This document shows positions 10,383-19,767 of a stretch of DNA of 64,000 bases, piece after piece (positions within the stretch are counted from its first letter, which is position 1; every line of letters starts with the position of its first letter). The DNA lies in assembly GCA_965219085.1 (NCBI GenBank), contig OZ244720.1, positions 2,432,001 through 2,496,000 on the forward strand, written 5' to 3'. Origin of the DNA: Dehalococcoidia bacterium. Lineage in GTDB: Bacteria; Chloroflexota; Dehalococcoidia; UBA2979. The notes beneath the pieces are model-generated. The model was not told where the DNA came from and made no database searches. It saw only the letters and a list, made by a program, of their open reading frames with translations. A program made the position numbers and the translations under genes.

Positions 10383-11558
10383 GGATGGTCTGAACAACTC
10401 GCCTGAGCGGGTGAGCAGATGCGATCATGGGGCGACCCGGAGAGGGGCGCCCCATGCAGCAGCGTTCGTTCGGCAGCGTCGAGTACGAGCACAAGAAGGT
10501 CAAGACGAGGCGGCAGGCGTTCCTCGAGCGCATGGACAGGCTCGTCCCCTGGGCTGAGCTCGAGCAGCGCATCGCGCCCGTCTACCCGAAGCGCGGCCGC
10601 GGACGCCGCCCCTACGCGCTGCGCGTGATGCTGCGCATCCACTGCCTGCAGCTCTGGTTCAACCTCAGCGACCCCGGCATGGAGCAGGAACTCTATGACT
10701 CCCGTTCGATGCTCGAGTTCGCCGGTCTCAGCCTCTCCGAGCCGATTCCCGATGAGACGACGATCCTCAACTTCCGCCATCTGCTGGAGCGTCATCAGCT
10801 GGGAACGGCGCTGTTCGCGACGATCAACGCGCACCTGGCACGGCAGGGTCTGCAGGTGCGCGAGGGCACGATCGTGGACTCCACGATCATCAGCGCGCCG
10901 TCATCGACGAAGAACCGCGAGCGTGCGCGCGACCCCGAGATGCATCAGACCAGCAAGGGCCGGCAGTGGTACTTCGGGATGAAGCTGCACACCGGCACGG
11001 ACGCGCGGACGGGGCTGGTCCACAGCGTGAGCACGACGGCGGCGAACGTCTCCGACGTGACCGAGGCGCATCGCCTCTTGCACGGGGGTGAGACGGAGGC
11101 GTGGGGCGACGCCGGCTACCAGGGAGTGGAGAAGCGCCCGGAGCACGCGGGGTCGGAGGTGAGCTGGCAGGTGGCGCTGCGCCCGGGTCTCAGGCGGCAG
11201 CTGGCGCCGGGGGGCGAGGAGGCGCAGGCGGAGCGGCGCAAGGCCTCGGTGCGCGCCAAGGCTGAGCATCCGTTTCTCTACGTGAAGCGGCACTTCGGGT
11301 ACGCGACGGTCCGCTACCGGGGTCTTGAGAAGAACCGCCAGCGTCTCATGCTGCTGCTCGGTTTCACGAACCTGTTGCGAGCCGAGCCTCAGCTCGCCTG
11401 ATCGCGGGAGCCGTGCGTCCCGAATCGCCCGCCGGAGCGCTTCCGGAGCGACATGGAGGCGAGACCACCCATGGACCGCGGTATCGGGCCCCCACAGCGC
11501 GGCTCGGCACGCTGATCGATACGCACCGCGCCCGACACGCCACCTGATCAGACCATCC
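10383..11558 (+). mobile_element. IS5-family insertion sequence
   Basis: Terminal IRs GGATGGTCTGA / TCAGACCATCC; CTAG duplication at 10379-10382 and 11559-11562. Confidence 0.95.
10454..11401 (+). CDS. IS5-family DDE transposase
   Basis: IPDETTILNFRHLLE, IVDSTII, WYFGMKLH, GDAGY, KASVRAKAEHPF, RYRGL. Confidence 0.95.
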   Translation: MQQRSFGSVEYEHKKVKTRRQAFLERMDRLVPWAELEQRIAPVYPKRGRGRRPYALRVMLRIHCLQLWFNLSDPGMEQELYDSRSMLEFAGLSLSEPIPDETTILNFRHLLERHQLGTALFATINAHLARQGLQVREGTIVDSTIISAPSSTKNRERARDPEMHQTSKGRQWYFGMKLHTGTDARTGLVHSVSTTAANVSDVTEAHRLLHGGETEAWGDAGYQGVEKRPEHAGSEVSWQVALRPGLRRQLAPGGEEAQAERRKASVRAKAEHPFLYVKRHFGYATVRYRGLEKNRQRLMLLLGFTNLLRAEPQLA

Positions 11559-11622
11559 CTAGCCGCGCCGAGGTGTCAGCGTGCATGGCCGGGACGTTGC
11601 CGCGTGCGTTAACGTGGGAGTG

Positions 11623-12306
11623 ATGACGCTGCAGCGCCGGACCGGCAATACGCGCGAGGCGATCCTCGAGATCCTGCGGCATTACGACGCGCGCTCCGTC
11701 GAGGAGCTTGCGGGCGAGCTGGAGCTCGCGGGCGCGACCGTGCGCCGCCATCTCGACGTGCTCATCCGCGATGGCTACGTCTCCGTGTCGCAGGTGCGGG
11801 GCCGCACCGGGCGGCCGCGCTACGCGTTCTCGCTCACCGAGGCCGGCGCGGACTTCTTCGGCCATCACTACGTGCGCATCACGCGGCGGTTGCTGCACGA
11901 GATCGCCTCGATGACCGCCGATGACACGGCCGGCCTCGACGGCGCCGGGCTCGCCGACCTCGTCTTCGACCGCATCAGCGACCGCCTCGCGGGCGAGTAC
12001 GCACCGCTCGTCGACGGCGCCACCGCGGCCGAGCGCGCGCGCGACACCGCGCGTCTGCTCGAGGAGGAGGGGTTCGACCTCGAGGTGGTCGAAGAGGACG
12101 GTGACGTGCGCGTGTTCTGTCGCGACTGTCCGTGCAAGCGGCTGCGGCTGACCGCGAACAGCCTCCCGTTCGATCGCGCGCACGCGGATGGCTGCGACCA
12201 TGATCGACGCCTCCTCGAGACGTTGATCGGCGCCAGCATGGAGCCGTACGAGGGCGGCGAAGTGCCGGCCGAGTTTGCGTGCGCGTACGTGGTGCAGGGC
12301 GCGTGA
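11623..12306 (+). CDS. SufR-like HTH transcriptional regulator
   Basis: N-terminal wHTH (TVRRHLDVL..GRPRYAFSLTEAG); C-terminal Cys (CRDCPC, GC, FAC); next to an Fe-S carrier gene. Confidence 0.75.
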   Translation: MTLQRRTGNTREAILEILRHYDARSVEELAGELELAGATVRRHLDVLIRDGYVSVSQVRGRTGRPRYAFSLTEAGADFFGHHYVRITRRLLHEIASMTADDTAGLDGAGLADLVFDRISDRLAGEYAPLVDGATAAERARDTARLLEEEGFDLEVVEEDGDVRVFCRDCPCKRLRLTANSLPFDRAHADGCDHDRRLLETLIGASMEPYEGGEVPAEFACAYVVQGA

Positions 12307-12406
12307 GCGCCGCCCGGCGTTAGACGCGCCGGGCGCGACCCACTATCATGAGAGCCGGAGCGGCGCTGCCTCGCCTCAAATGCGCGCGCCGTCTGAGGGG
12401 ATTGCG

Positions 12407-12802
12407 ATGACCACCACATTTGAGCCGCTCACCGGGCTCGTTACCATCACCGACCGCGCAGCCGAGAAGGCTCGCGAGCTACTCGTCGAGAAGGAGCTGC
12501 CCGAGGGCGCGCTGCGCGTCTTCGTCGTCGGCGGCGGCTGCTCGGGCTACCAGTACGGCATGGCGCTCGCGCGCAAGCCCGAGGTCGACGACACGCAGAT
12601 CGAGGCCGCCTCAGGCGTGCGCATCCTCGTGGACCCGGAGTCGGTCCCGCTGCTGCGCGGCGCCGAGGTCGACTACGTCGACGAACTGATGAAGTCGGGC
12701 TTCACGATCTACAACCCGAACGCGGCCGCCTCGTGCGCGTGCGGCTCCTCGTTCCAGGCGTCCCACGAGCAGCCGCAGGGCACGCCGAGGGCTTGCACCT
12801 AG
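12407..12802 (+). CDS. A-type Fe-S cluster carrier (ErpA/IscA/HesB family)
   Basis: GGGCSGYQY, NPNA..SCACGSSF. Confidence 0.93.
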   Translation: MTTTFEPLTGLVTITDRAAEKARELLVEKELPEGALRVFVVGGGCSGYQYGMALARKPEVDDTQIEAASGVRILVDPESVPLLRGAEVDYVDELMKSGFTIYNPNAAASCACGSSFQASHEQPQGTPRACT

Positions 12803-12830
12803 GCGGCGCGAGTCTGGCACACACCGCCGG

Positions 12831-12848
12831 GGCCCCGCTTGCGGGGCC
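12831..12848 (+). terminator. Stem-loop after Fe-S carrier gene
   Basis: GGCCCCG-CTTG-CGGGGCC followed by TCTT. Confidence 0.45.
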
Positions 12849-12903
12849 TCTTGGCTTCCCGCACCATCGATAGCAGCCTCGGCGCCCGCGGAAGGAGCAC
12901 GCG

Positions 12904-13356
12904 ATGCAGGCATGGATCGTCGTCGGCTCGGCCGACAACTTCGAGTTGCTGCGCGAGCGCGGCTTCGACGTCGCTGCCTTCAAGGCGTCGCGCACGAAGC
13001 AGGCCTCCGAGATGCAGCCCGGCGACCGCATCGTCTTCTACCTGACGAAGGTGGTGGAGTTCGGCGGCGTGGTCGAGGTCACCTCCGAGGCGTTCGAGGA
13101 CGACTCGGACATCGGCCTGCGCTCCGACTCGAAGGAGAACGAGGCCTTCCCGAACCGCATCCACACCCGCCCGCACGTGATCGCCGAAGAGGGCGACTAC
13201 GTCGATGTGCGCGAGATCACGGACCTGCTCGACAAGACGCGCCGGTTCGGGCCGAAGAAGCTCGGCATGGCGTTCCGCGGCAACCTCCACAAGATCTCGC
13301 AGGACGACTACGAGACCATCGAGGGGCTGCTGAGCGAGCGGGCGCCCGTCGCCTGA
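12904..13356 (+). CDS. EVE-domain protein
   Basis: WIVVGS.DNF, MQPGDRIVFY, FGGVVEVTSE, ISQDDY; AAGGAG SD. Confidence 0.8.
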   Translation: MQAWIVVGSADNFELLRERGFDVAAFKASRTKQASEMQPGDRIVFYLTKVVEFGGVVEVTSEAFEDDSDIGLRSDSKENEAFPNRIHTRPHVIAEEGDYVDVREITDLLDKTRRFGPKKLGMAFRGNLHKISQDDYETIEGLLSERAPVA

Positions 13357-13408
13357 CGGCCATGCTGACGCGGCCGCGGATCTCGCCTCGCGTTCCACCG
13401 GAGCAGCC

Positions 13409-15319
13409 ATGACACGGCCGCGCCACCCCTTCCTCGACGCGCTCGACCGCGGCGTCATCCTCGCCGACGGCGCGACGGGCACCGAGCTGCTCGCGCGCGG
13501 CTGGACCGGTCAGCCCGCCGCGGCAGTGCTGGAGGCGCGCGACCTCGTACGCCAACTCCACGAGGACTACATCAAGGCGGGCGTGGACCTCATCCTCACC
13601 AACAGCTTCGCCGCCAACCCGGTCCACCTCGAAGCGGTCGGCCTCGCCGACCGCACGCGCGACGTCAACTTCAACGCCGCGCGGGTCGCGCGCGACGCCC
13701 GCGAGATCCACGGCGTCGACGTGCTCGTCGGCGGCTCGGTCGGGCCGATCGGCCGCGACTTCGCCGTCGGCACGGTCACGCCGGAGCAGGCGCACGACGC
13801 CTTCGCGGAGCAGATCGGCGCGCTGATCGAGGGCGGCGTCGATGTCCTCGTGTTCGAGACGTTCCTGTCGCTGGCGGAGGCGCGGGTGGCGCTCTCCGCG
13901 GCGCGCGAGCTGACCGACATGCCGGTGGTCGCCGCGCTCAACTTCGTCTCCGCGCTCACCACCTCGGCCGGCGAACCGTTCGCCGAGGTGCTCGCGACGC
14001 TCGCCGATGAGGGCGCCGACGTCGTCGGCGTGAACTGCGGGGTGGGGCCTCGAGCCGCGCTCGACATCCTCGAGCAGGTCGCGGCCGCCGACCCGGCGGC
14101 GCGGCTCTTCGTGACGCCTAACGCGGGGCTGCCGCGGATCTCGGGTGGTCGGCCCTTCTACCCCTCGTCGCCCGAGTACTTCGCGGACTTCGCGCTGCGG
14201 GCAAAGGACCTGAGCGCCGCGATCGTGGGCGGTTGCTGCGGGACGGGGCCTGAGCACATCCGCGCCATGCGGGCCGCGCTCGACTCCGCCGAACAGGCCC
14301 CCGCCGCCGCGGGCGCGTCGGCCGGCGCATACGAGTTGGCAGTCAGCGACACGCGCGGCGGCGTGGATGGCACCGCGCCGCCGCCGGCCGACGAGCCGCC
14401 CGAGCCGGGCGCCCCCTCGCGGCTGCGCGACAAGCTTGCTGCCGGCCAGTACGTCGTTTCGGTGGAGATCGACCCGCCGCGTGGGCATAACCCGCGCAAA
14501 GCCGTCGAGGGCGCGCGGACGCTTCGTGACGCGGGCGCCGACGCCATCAACATCGGCGATTCGCCGATGGCGCGCGTGCGCATGAGCGCCCTCGCGCTCG
14601 CGCTCCGCATCGAGCGCGACGTGGGCATCGAGACGATCATTCACCAGACCACGCGCGACCGGAACCTGATGGCGCTGCAGGCCGACCTGCTCGGCGCGCA
14701 CTCGCTCGGAGTGCGCAACATCATCGCGCTCACCGGCGACCCGCTGCCGGAGGCGTCGCAGTCCTCGGCCGTGTGGGACGTCGACTCGATCGGGTTCGTG
14801 CGCATCCTCAAGCGACTCAACGAGGGCGTCGACTTCGCCGGCAACTCGCTCGGGCGGCCCACGGACTTCTTCGTCGCCTGCGCGGCCAACCCCACAGCCG
14901 ACGACATCGACATCGAGCTGCGACGCGTGCGCGCCAAGCTCGACGAGGGCGGCGACATGCTGATGACGCAGCCCGTCTATGACCTCGCGACGCTCACCGG
15001 GTTCTTCGAGCGCCTCGGGCCGGTCGACGTGCCGGTGCTGCTCGGCATCCTGCCGCTGATGTCCTCGCGCCACACGGAGTTCATCCACAACGAACTCGCC
15101 GGCGTGGTCATCCCGGACGACGTGCGCGAGCGCATGCGGGCGGCGGGCGACGCCGGCGCCGCGGCCGGCCTCGAGATTGCGTACGAGCAGATCGAGGAGA
15201 CGCGCGACTTCGAGTGGGTGTCCGGCATCTACGTCATGCCCTCGTTCGGCCGCTACGAGGTGGCGGCGGAGCTGATCGAGCGCGTGCGCGCGGCGGCGCC
15301 GCCGGTGCGGGCGGTGTAG
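13409..15319 (+). CDS. yitJ: Bifunctional homocysteine S-methyltransferase / methylenetetrahydrofolate reductase
   Basis: DGATGTEL, GVNCG.GP, PNAGLP, GGCCGTGP.HI, then VEIDPPRG, RDRNL, ALTGDP, TQPVYD. Confidence 0.9.
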   Translation: MTRPRHPFLDALDRGVILADGATGTELLARGWTGQPAAAVLEARDLVRQLHEDYIKAGVDLILTNSFAANPVHLEAVGLADRTRDVNFNAARVARDAREIHGVDVLVGGSVGPIGRDFAVGTVTPEQAHDAFAEQIGALIEGGVDVLVFETFLSLAEARVALSAARELTDMPVVAALNFVSALTTSAGEPFAEVLATLADEGADVVGVNCGVGPRAALDILEQVAAADPAARLFVTPNAGLPRISGGRPFYPSSPEYFADFALRAKDLSAAIVGGCCGTGPEHIRAMRAALDSAEQAPAAAGASAGAYELAVSDTRGGVDGTAPPPADEPPEPGAPSRLRDKLAAGQYVVSVEIDPPRGHNPRKAVEGARTLRDAGADAINIGDSPMARVRMSALALALRIERDVGIETIIHQTTRDRNLMALQADLLGAHSLGVRNIIALTGDPLPEASQSSAVWDVDSIGFVRILKRLNEGVDFAGNSLGRPTDFFVACAANPTADDIDIELRRVRAKLDEGGDMLMTQPVYDLATLTGFFERLGPVDVPVLLGILPLMSSRHTEFIHNELAGVVIPDDVRERMRAAGDAGAAAGLEIAYEQIEETRDFEWVSGIYVMPSFGRYEVAAELIERVRAAAPPVRAV

Positions 15320-15329
15320 GGCCCGACGC

Positions 15330-15806
15330 GTGACGGCGATCCTGACGGTGGGCCACGGCAACCTGCCGCAGGACACGCTCATTCGCCACCTGCTCGACGC
15401 GGGCGTCGAACGCCTCGTCGACGTGCGGTCGACGCCGTACAGCCGCTGGCACCCGCACTTCAACCGGCGTCGCATCGCCGAGGCGGCAGCCGCGGCTGGC
15501 ATCGCCTACGAGTGGGAGCCGGCGCTGGGCGGGCGCCCCGACGACCCGGCGCTGCTGACCGCCGACGGCGCGCCCGACTACACGCTCATGGCGCAGCACC
15601 CGCCGTTCCTCGACGCCATCGACCGCCTCGTCGCCACGTCGGCGGAGGCGAGCACGGCGATCATGTGCTCCGAGGGCGACCCGGCGCGCTGCCACCGCAC
15701 GCTGCTCATCGCGCCGCTGCTGGTCGAGCGAGGCGTGCGGGTGCGGCGCCTGCTCAAGGACGGGTCGGTGATCGAGGATGCACCGGCGACCGGGCGTCTG
15801 CTGTAA
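15330..15806 (+). CDS. DUF488 family protein
   Basis: TVGHG, LVDVRS.PYSR..PHFN, LGGRP, IMCSEGDP..CHR. Confidence 0.85.
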   Translation: MTAILTVGHGNLPQDTLIRHLLDAGVERLVDVRSTPYSRWHPHFNRRRIAEAAAAAGIAYEWEPALGGRPDDPALLTADGAPDYTLMAQHPPFLDAIDRLVATSAEASTAIMCSEGDPARCHRTLLIAPLLVERGVRVRRLLKDGSVIEDAPATGRLL

Positions 15807-15877
15807 CCTCGCGCGTGCGACGGCTCCTTCACGCCGGGCGTCATGTTTGCCGCGCGGATCAGTGGAAGCAGACACTT

Positions 15878-16402
15878 GTGGCCACGATGAGCGGCGGCGA
15901 AGCGCTGGTGCAGTCCCTCGTGCGCGAGGGCGTCGAGGTGGTCTTCGGGATACCCGGCATCCAGCTGTACGGGATCGTCGCCGCGCTGCGCGACGAGCCC
16001 GGGATCCGCATGATCTCGACCCGCCACGAGCAGGCGACCACGTACATGGCAGACGGCTACGCACGCACCTCGAGCAAGCCGGGGGTAGCGCTCGTGGTGC
16101 CGGGGGTAGGGCTCTACGACGCCGCCTCCGGCCTCGCCACGGCCTACGCGCGCTCCTCGCCCGTGCTGGTCATCGCAGGCCAGGTGCCGCGTCCACAGAT
16201 CGGTAAGAACATCGGCGCGGTCGGCATGCGCACGGGCGATCCGATGGAACTCGAGACGCTGATCCCGGAGGCGCTGGCGCTCGACTCGCCCGTGGTCATC
16301 GACGTGCCGTTTGGAGACCTGCCGATCCTGCGCGCCCCGCAGATCGCGGCGGTCTACAACCAGCCGTGGACGCAGCCGCAGGACGGCCTGATCGAGGGCT
16401 GA
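15878..16402 (+). pseudogene. Thiamine-pyrophosphate enzyme (acetolactate-synthase-like) with large in-frame internal deletion
   Basis: N-terminal domain (VFGIPG, RHEQ..YMADGYAR, VVPGVG) joined directly to the extreme C-terminus (PVVIDVP); central domain and GDG TPP motif absent. Confidence 0.75.
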
Positions 16403-16416
16403 TCGGCCCTTCAGGG

Positions 16417-17493
16417 TTAGGTTTGACTGGGCAAGCGATAGGTGTACGCGAGCGGCGTCAAGTCGTCGTCGTCTGGCTGCCACGCGTCACCGTAGACGAC
16501 GCAGTCACCGCCCGACGCAGCGGGAGTGCCGTCCTTCTCGCTGGACACCGTGATGTTGGATACGACGAAGAGTTCAGTCCGGTGATTGCGGTCACGGGCG
16601 TGCTCGACCTCGTTGTGCGTGAGTATGACCGTGGCGGCTTCTGTCGAGCGGCCCTTCACCTCCACGTGCAGCTCTTCGCCGCCGCGAGTGCATAGGAGGT
16701 CGAACGACTCGGTCGCCGATACGTCGTCGACGTTCCAACCTGCGTCTCTGTACCAGCTCATGGCCACATCCATGGCGTTCTCTTCCACGGCCCGTCGGCG
16801 CGCGGTATCTGTCCCTCGGCGGATAGCTTCTTCTACTTCCTTGACTTCCTGTGCTTCAATTTCCGAAGCCCGCGCAGAGTGCGGAGGGCCGTCACCGTTG
16901 TCTGATTTCGGCGACTCGGCCGGAAGCGCCGCAAGAAGTTCGATGATCTGCTCGATGCTCGGAGTCGCGTCGATATCGGCGTCGCTGTAGCCCGCCTTGA
17001 GCAGATCCAGTCTCACCGCTCCCAGCCGCGCCTTCGCGGAACTGGGAATATCACAGTCTTCAATCTCTTGGACGCCGTCGTGTCGCCAACAGCAGGAGTC
17101 GTCGCCCAAGCTGATGGTGGTGGCCCCACAATAAGAGCCTCCACCGTTGTGGCCTCCGAAGCAGCGAATCTGGTTTCCGGCCGGACCAGTGTGCTCGAAT
17201 CTATGAACACCCCGCTTGCGTCTCACATGCTCAAAGTCGTCCCGCACCAGCTTCAGTTCTTTGTGAGTGCAGCCGCGGGGAGGCACGCCGAGAGCCCAAC
17301 ACCGTAGGACGAGCTGGTCTAACGTGTAGCCGGGGTGAGCATTGCGCACGGACTCAGACCCGATCGGCGCAGCAGCAAGCGCGCATGCCTCGGACAGATC
17401 CCTGCGGCCGGGGGAGATCGCATGGCCGGGGAGCCCCGCTCTGCCAGGGATCGGAGTACCGATAGGACGGTCCAGATCGTGAGAGACTGTCAT
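16417..17493 (-). CDS. DUF3883 (NOV C-terminal) PD-(D/E)XK nuclease-domain protein
   Basis: VEENAM..YR..GWNV.DVS...FDLL....LHVEVKG...LTHNE; AGGAG SD; A/T-richer. Confidence 0.8.
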   Translation of the reverse strand: MTVSHDLDRPIGTPIPGRAGLPGHAISPGRRDLSEACALAAAPIGSESVRNAHPGYTLDQLVLRCWALGVPPRGCTHKELKLVRDDFEHVRRKRGVHRFEHTGPAGNQIRCFGGHNGGGSYCGATTISLGDDSCCWRHDGVQEIEDCDIPSSAKARLGAVRLDLLKAGYSDADIDATPSIEQIIELLAALPAESPKSDNGDGPPHSARASEIEAQEVKEVEEAIRRGTDTARRRAVEENAMDVAMSWYRDAGWNVDDVSATESFDLLCTRGGEELHVEVKGRSTEAATVILTHNEVEHARDRNHRTELFVVSNITVSSEKDGTPAASGGDCVVYGDAWQPDDDDLTPLAYTYRLPSQT

Positions 17494-17512
17494 CCTTGGC
17501 TCCTAAAGTTCG

Positions 17513-18439
17513 CTAGCCCTGCCCCCTGAACCACCCCACGGTCGCCGCCAACCCCGCCTCGAGGCTCGTCGTCGCCTCCCACCCCCACCGCTGACGTGCG
17601 CGCGAGGGGTCGAGGTAGATGGCCTGGGGGTCGCCGGGGCGCTCCGGGGCGAAGATCGGTTCGTGGCCGTAGCCGGTGAGGCGGGCGAGCTCGCGGAAGA
17701 TCTCGAGGGTCGACGTGCCGCGGCCTGAGCCGACCTCGCATGTCGCGGGCTCGGCGCTGGCGGCGAGGAGCGCCGCGTCGACGATGTCAGCGACGTAGAC
17801 GTAGTCACGCTGCTGGCTGCCGTTGCCGAAGATCGTCGCCTCAATGCCGGCGAGCATGCGGGTCGCGAAGATGGCGACGACGCCCGATTCGCCGGCGGCG
17901 TCCTGGCCGGGGCCGTAGATGTTGCCGGGCCGCAGCACCGACAGCTCGAGGCCGAGGTGGCGGCAGAGCGCGCCCAGCTCGTGCTCCGCGGCGATCTTCG
18001 AGGCGCCGTAGACAGACTGTGGCTCCACCGGCGTGTGCTCGCCCGCGGGCAGCACGTCGGGCTGGCCGAAGAGCGCGCCGCCCGTCGAGAAGAACACGAG
18101 GCGTCTTGCGCCCGCGGCGGCTGCGGCCTGGGCCACGTGCACGCTACCGATCACGTTCGTCTCGATGTCCGCGACCGGGTTGCGCATCGAGACCGGCACC
18201 GAGGCCTGCGCGGCGAGGTGGAAGACCACCTCGGGCTGCGCCCCGGCGACCACGCGGGCGACCGCCTCGGCGTCGCGGATGTCGGCGAGGTGCTCCGTGA
18301 CGCCCTCGGGTGACGGTTGCCGGGGCGGCGTGTTCGACAGGCCGGTGACCGCGCAGCCGTCCGCGGCGAGCCGCGCGGCGAGGTGGCTGCCGACGAAGCC
18401 CGATGAACCCGTGACCACCGCTCGCGCGATGGCGCTCAC
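17513..18439 (-). CDS. NAD-dependent epimerase/dehydratase (UDP-glucose 4-epimerase-like)
   Basis: VTGSSGFVGSH, HLAAQ, YGASK, NIYGPGQ, RDYVYV; GTG overlaps glcF stop. Confidence 0.9.
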   Translation of the reverse strand: MSAIARAVVTGSSGFVGSHLAARLAADGCAVTGLSNTPPRQPSPEGVTEHLADIRDAEAVARVVAGAQPEVVFHLAAQASVPVSMRNPVADIETNVIGSVHVAQAAAAAGARRLVFFSTGGALFGQPDVLPAGEHTPVEPQSVYGASKIAAEHELGALCRHLGLELSVLRPGNIYGPGQDAAGESGVVAIFATRMLAGIEATIFGNGSQQRDYVYVADIVDAALLAASAEPATCEVGSGRGTSTLEIFRELARLTGYGHEPIFAPERPGDPQAIYLDPSRARQRWGWEATTSLEAGLAATVGWFRGQG

Positions 18440-19767
18440 GCGCGTGACCGGTCCTCGGCGCCCGCCGCGTACGAGCGGTCGAGCAGCTCGATGAGGTGCA
18501 GCACCTCGCCGTCGCGGTGAGCGCGCCGCAGTCCCGTCTCGATCTGCATCGTGCAGCCAGGGTTCGAGGTGACGACGACCGACGCGCCGGTGCTCGCGAT
18601 GTCGGCGAGCTTCGCATCGAGCACCTCCCGCGACATGGCGCGCTGCACGGTGGCGTAGAGCCCGGCCGCGCCGCAGCAGCGGTCGGGTGTCGCCTGCTCG
18701 CGCAGGCTGACCCCCGGGATGGCCTCGAGGATCGTGCGTGGCGCGTCGCGGATGCCCTGCGCGTGCGCCAGGTGGCAGGCGTCCTGCAGCGTCACGTTGG
18801 CCTCGACCTGCCCGAGGCCCCGCTCGAAGTCCTGCGAGGCGACGAACTCGAGCACGTCGCGCACCGTCGACGCGAAGTGTTCGGCGCGCTTGGCCCATGC
18901 CTCGTCGTTGCGGAGCAGTCGGCCGTACTCCTTCATCGCCGCGCCGCAGCCGGCGGCGTTCACGATCACGGCGTCGACCCCGGCGTCCTCGAATGCCGCG
19001 ATGTTGCGGCGCGCGAGGGAGCGTGCAGCCTCGACGTCGCCGGCGTGTGCGTGCAGCGCGCCGCAGCATCCCTGCGCGGGCGGCGCGACGACCTCGCAGC
19101 CGAGCCACGCGAGCACGCGCAGGGTGGCCTCGTGCGTCTGCGGGTAGAGCTCGCCGTGGATGCAGCCGGTGAGGAGCGCGACGCGCGGGCCGTAGCGACG
19201 GTTGACGAGGTGGCCGGAGCGCCGGAACGGCCTGCGGTTGAGAACGGGCGCCTGCGCCTCGAGGGCGGCGAGCGGCTCGGGCAGCAGCCGCGCGAGGGGG
19301 CCTCGCAGCAGGCGTTGCAGACCTGAGCGCGTGTAGAGCCGGCCCAGCGAGAGCGCCGCCCGCAGTACCTTCGGCCGCGCGACGACGTGCCGCAACACAC
19401 GCGCACGCATCGACCACGCGCGCGGGCGTGTCTCGGGGTCAGCCATGATCGAGGCGCGGGCGTCCTCCATGATGCGGCCGTACGGCACCGACGACGGGCA
19501 CGCCGTCTCGCAGGCGCGGCACTGCAGGCACAGGTCGAGGTGCGAGAGCAGCCGCTCGGTCGGCTCGACCTTGCCCTCGACCACGCCGCGGATCAGGTGC
19601 AGCCGTCCGCGCGGCGACTCGAGTTCCTGGCCCGTCGCGATATACGTAGGGCAGGCGGGCAGGCAGAAGCCGCAGTGGATGCAGTTCTGGAGGTCGCTGA
19701 GCGCGGGCGCGTCGGGGCCGACGAACCCCCTCGCGCGCGGCACCTCGGGCGACGCCGCGGCGCTCAC
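18436..19767 (-). CDS. glcF: Glycolate oxidase Fe-S subunit
   Basis: CIHCGFCLPACPTY, CLQCRACETACPS, two CCG domains (CCGALH, CCGAAG). Confidence 0.9.
   Translation of the reverse strand: MSAAASPEVPRARGFVGPDAPALSDLQNCIHCGFCLPACPTYIATGQELESPRGRLHLIRGVVEGKVEPTERLLSHLDLCLQCRACETACPSSVPYGRIMEDARASIMADPETRPRAWSMRARVLRHVVARPKVLRAALSLGRLYTRSGLQRLLRGPLARLLPEPLAALEAQAPVLNRRPFRRSGHLVNRRYGPRVALLTGCIHGELYPQTHEATLRVLAWLGCEVVAPPAQGCCGALHAHAGDVEAARSLARRNIAAFEDAGVDAVIVNAAGCGAAMKEYGRLLRNDEAWAKRAEHFASTVRDVLEFVASQDFERGLGQVEANVTLQDACHLAHAQGIRDAPRTILEAIPGVSLREQATPDRCCGAAGLYATVQRAMSREVLDAKLADIASTGASVVVTSNPGCTMQIETGLRRAHRDGEVLHLIELLDRSYAAGAEDRSRA

Noticed and set aside
12904-15806. EVE and DUF488 genes as a defence module
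   Set aside because: Host-like composition, separated by yitJ, and no nuclease partner
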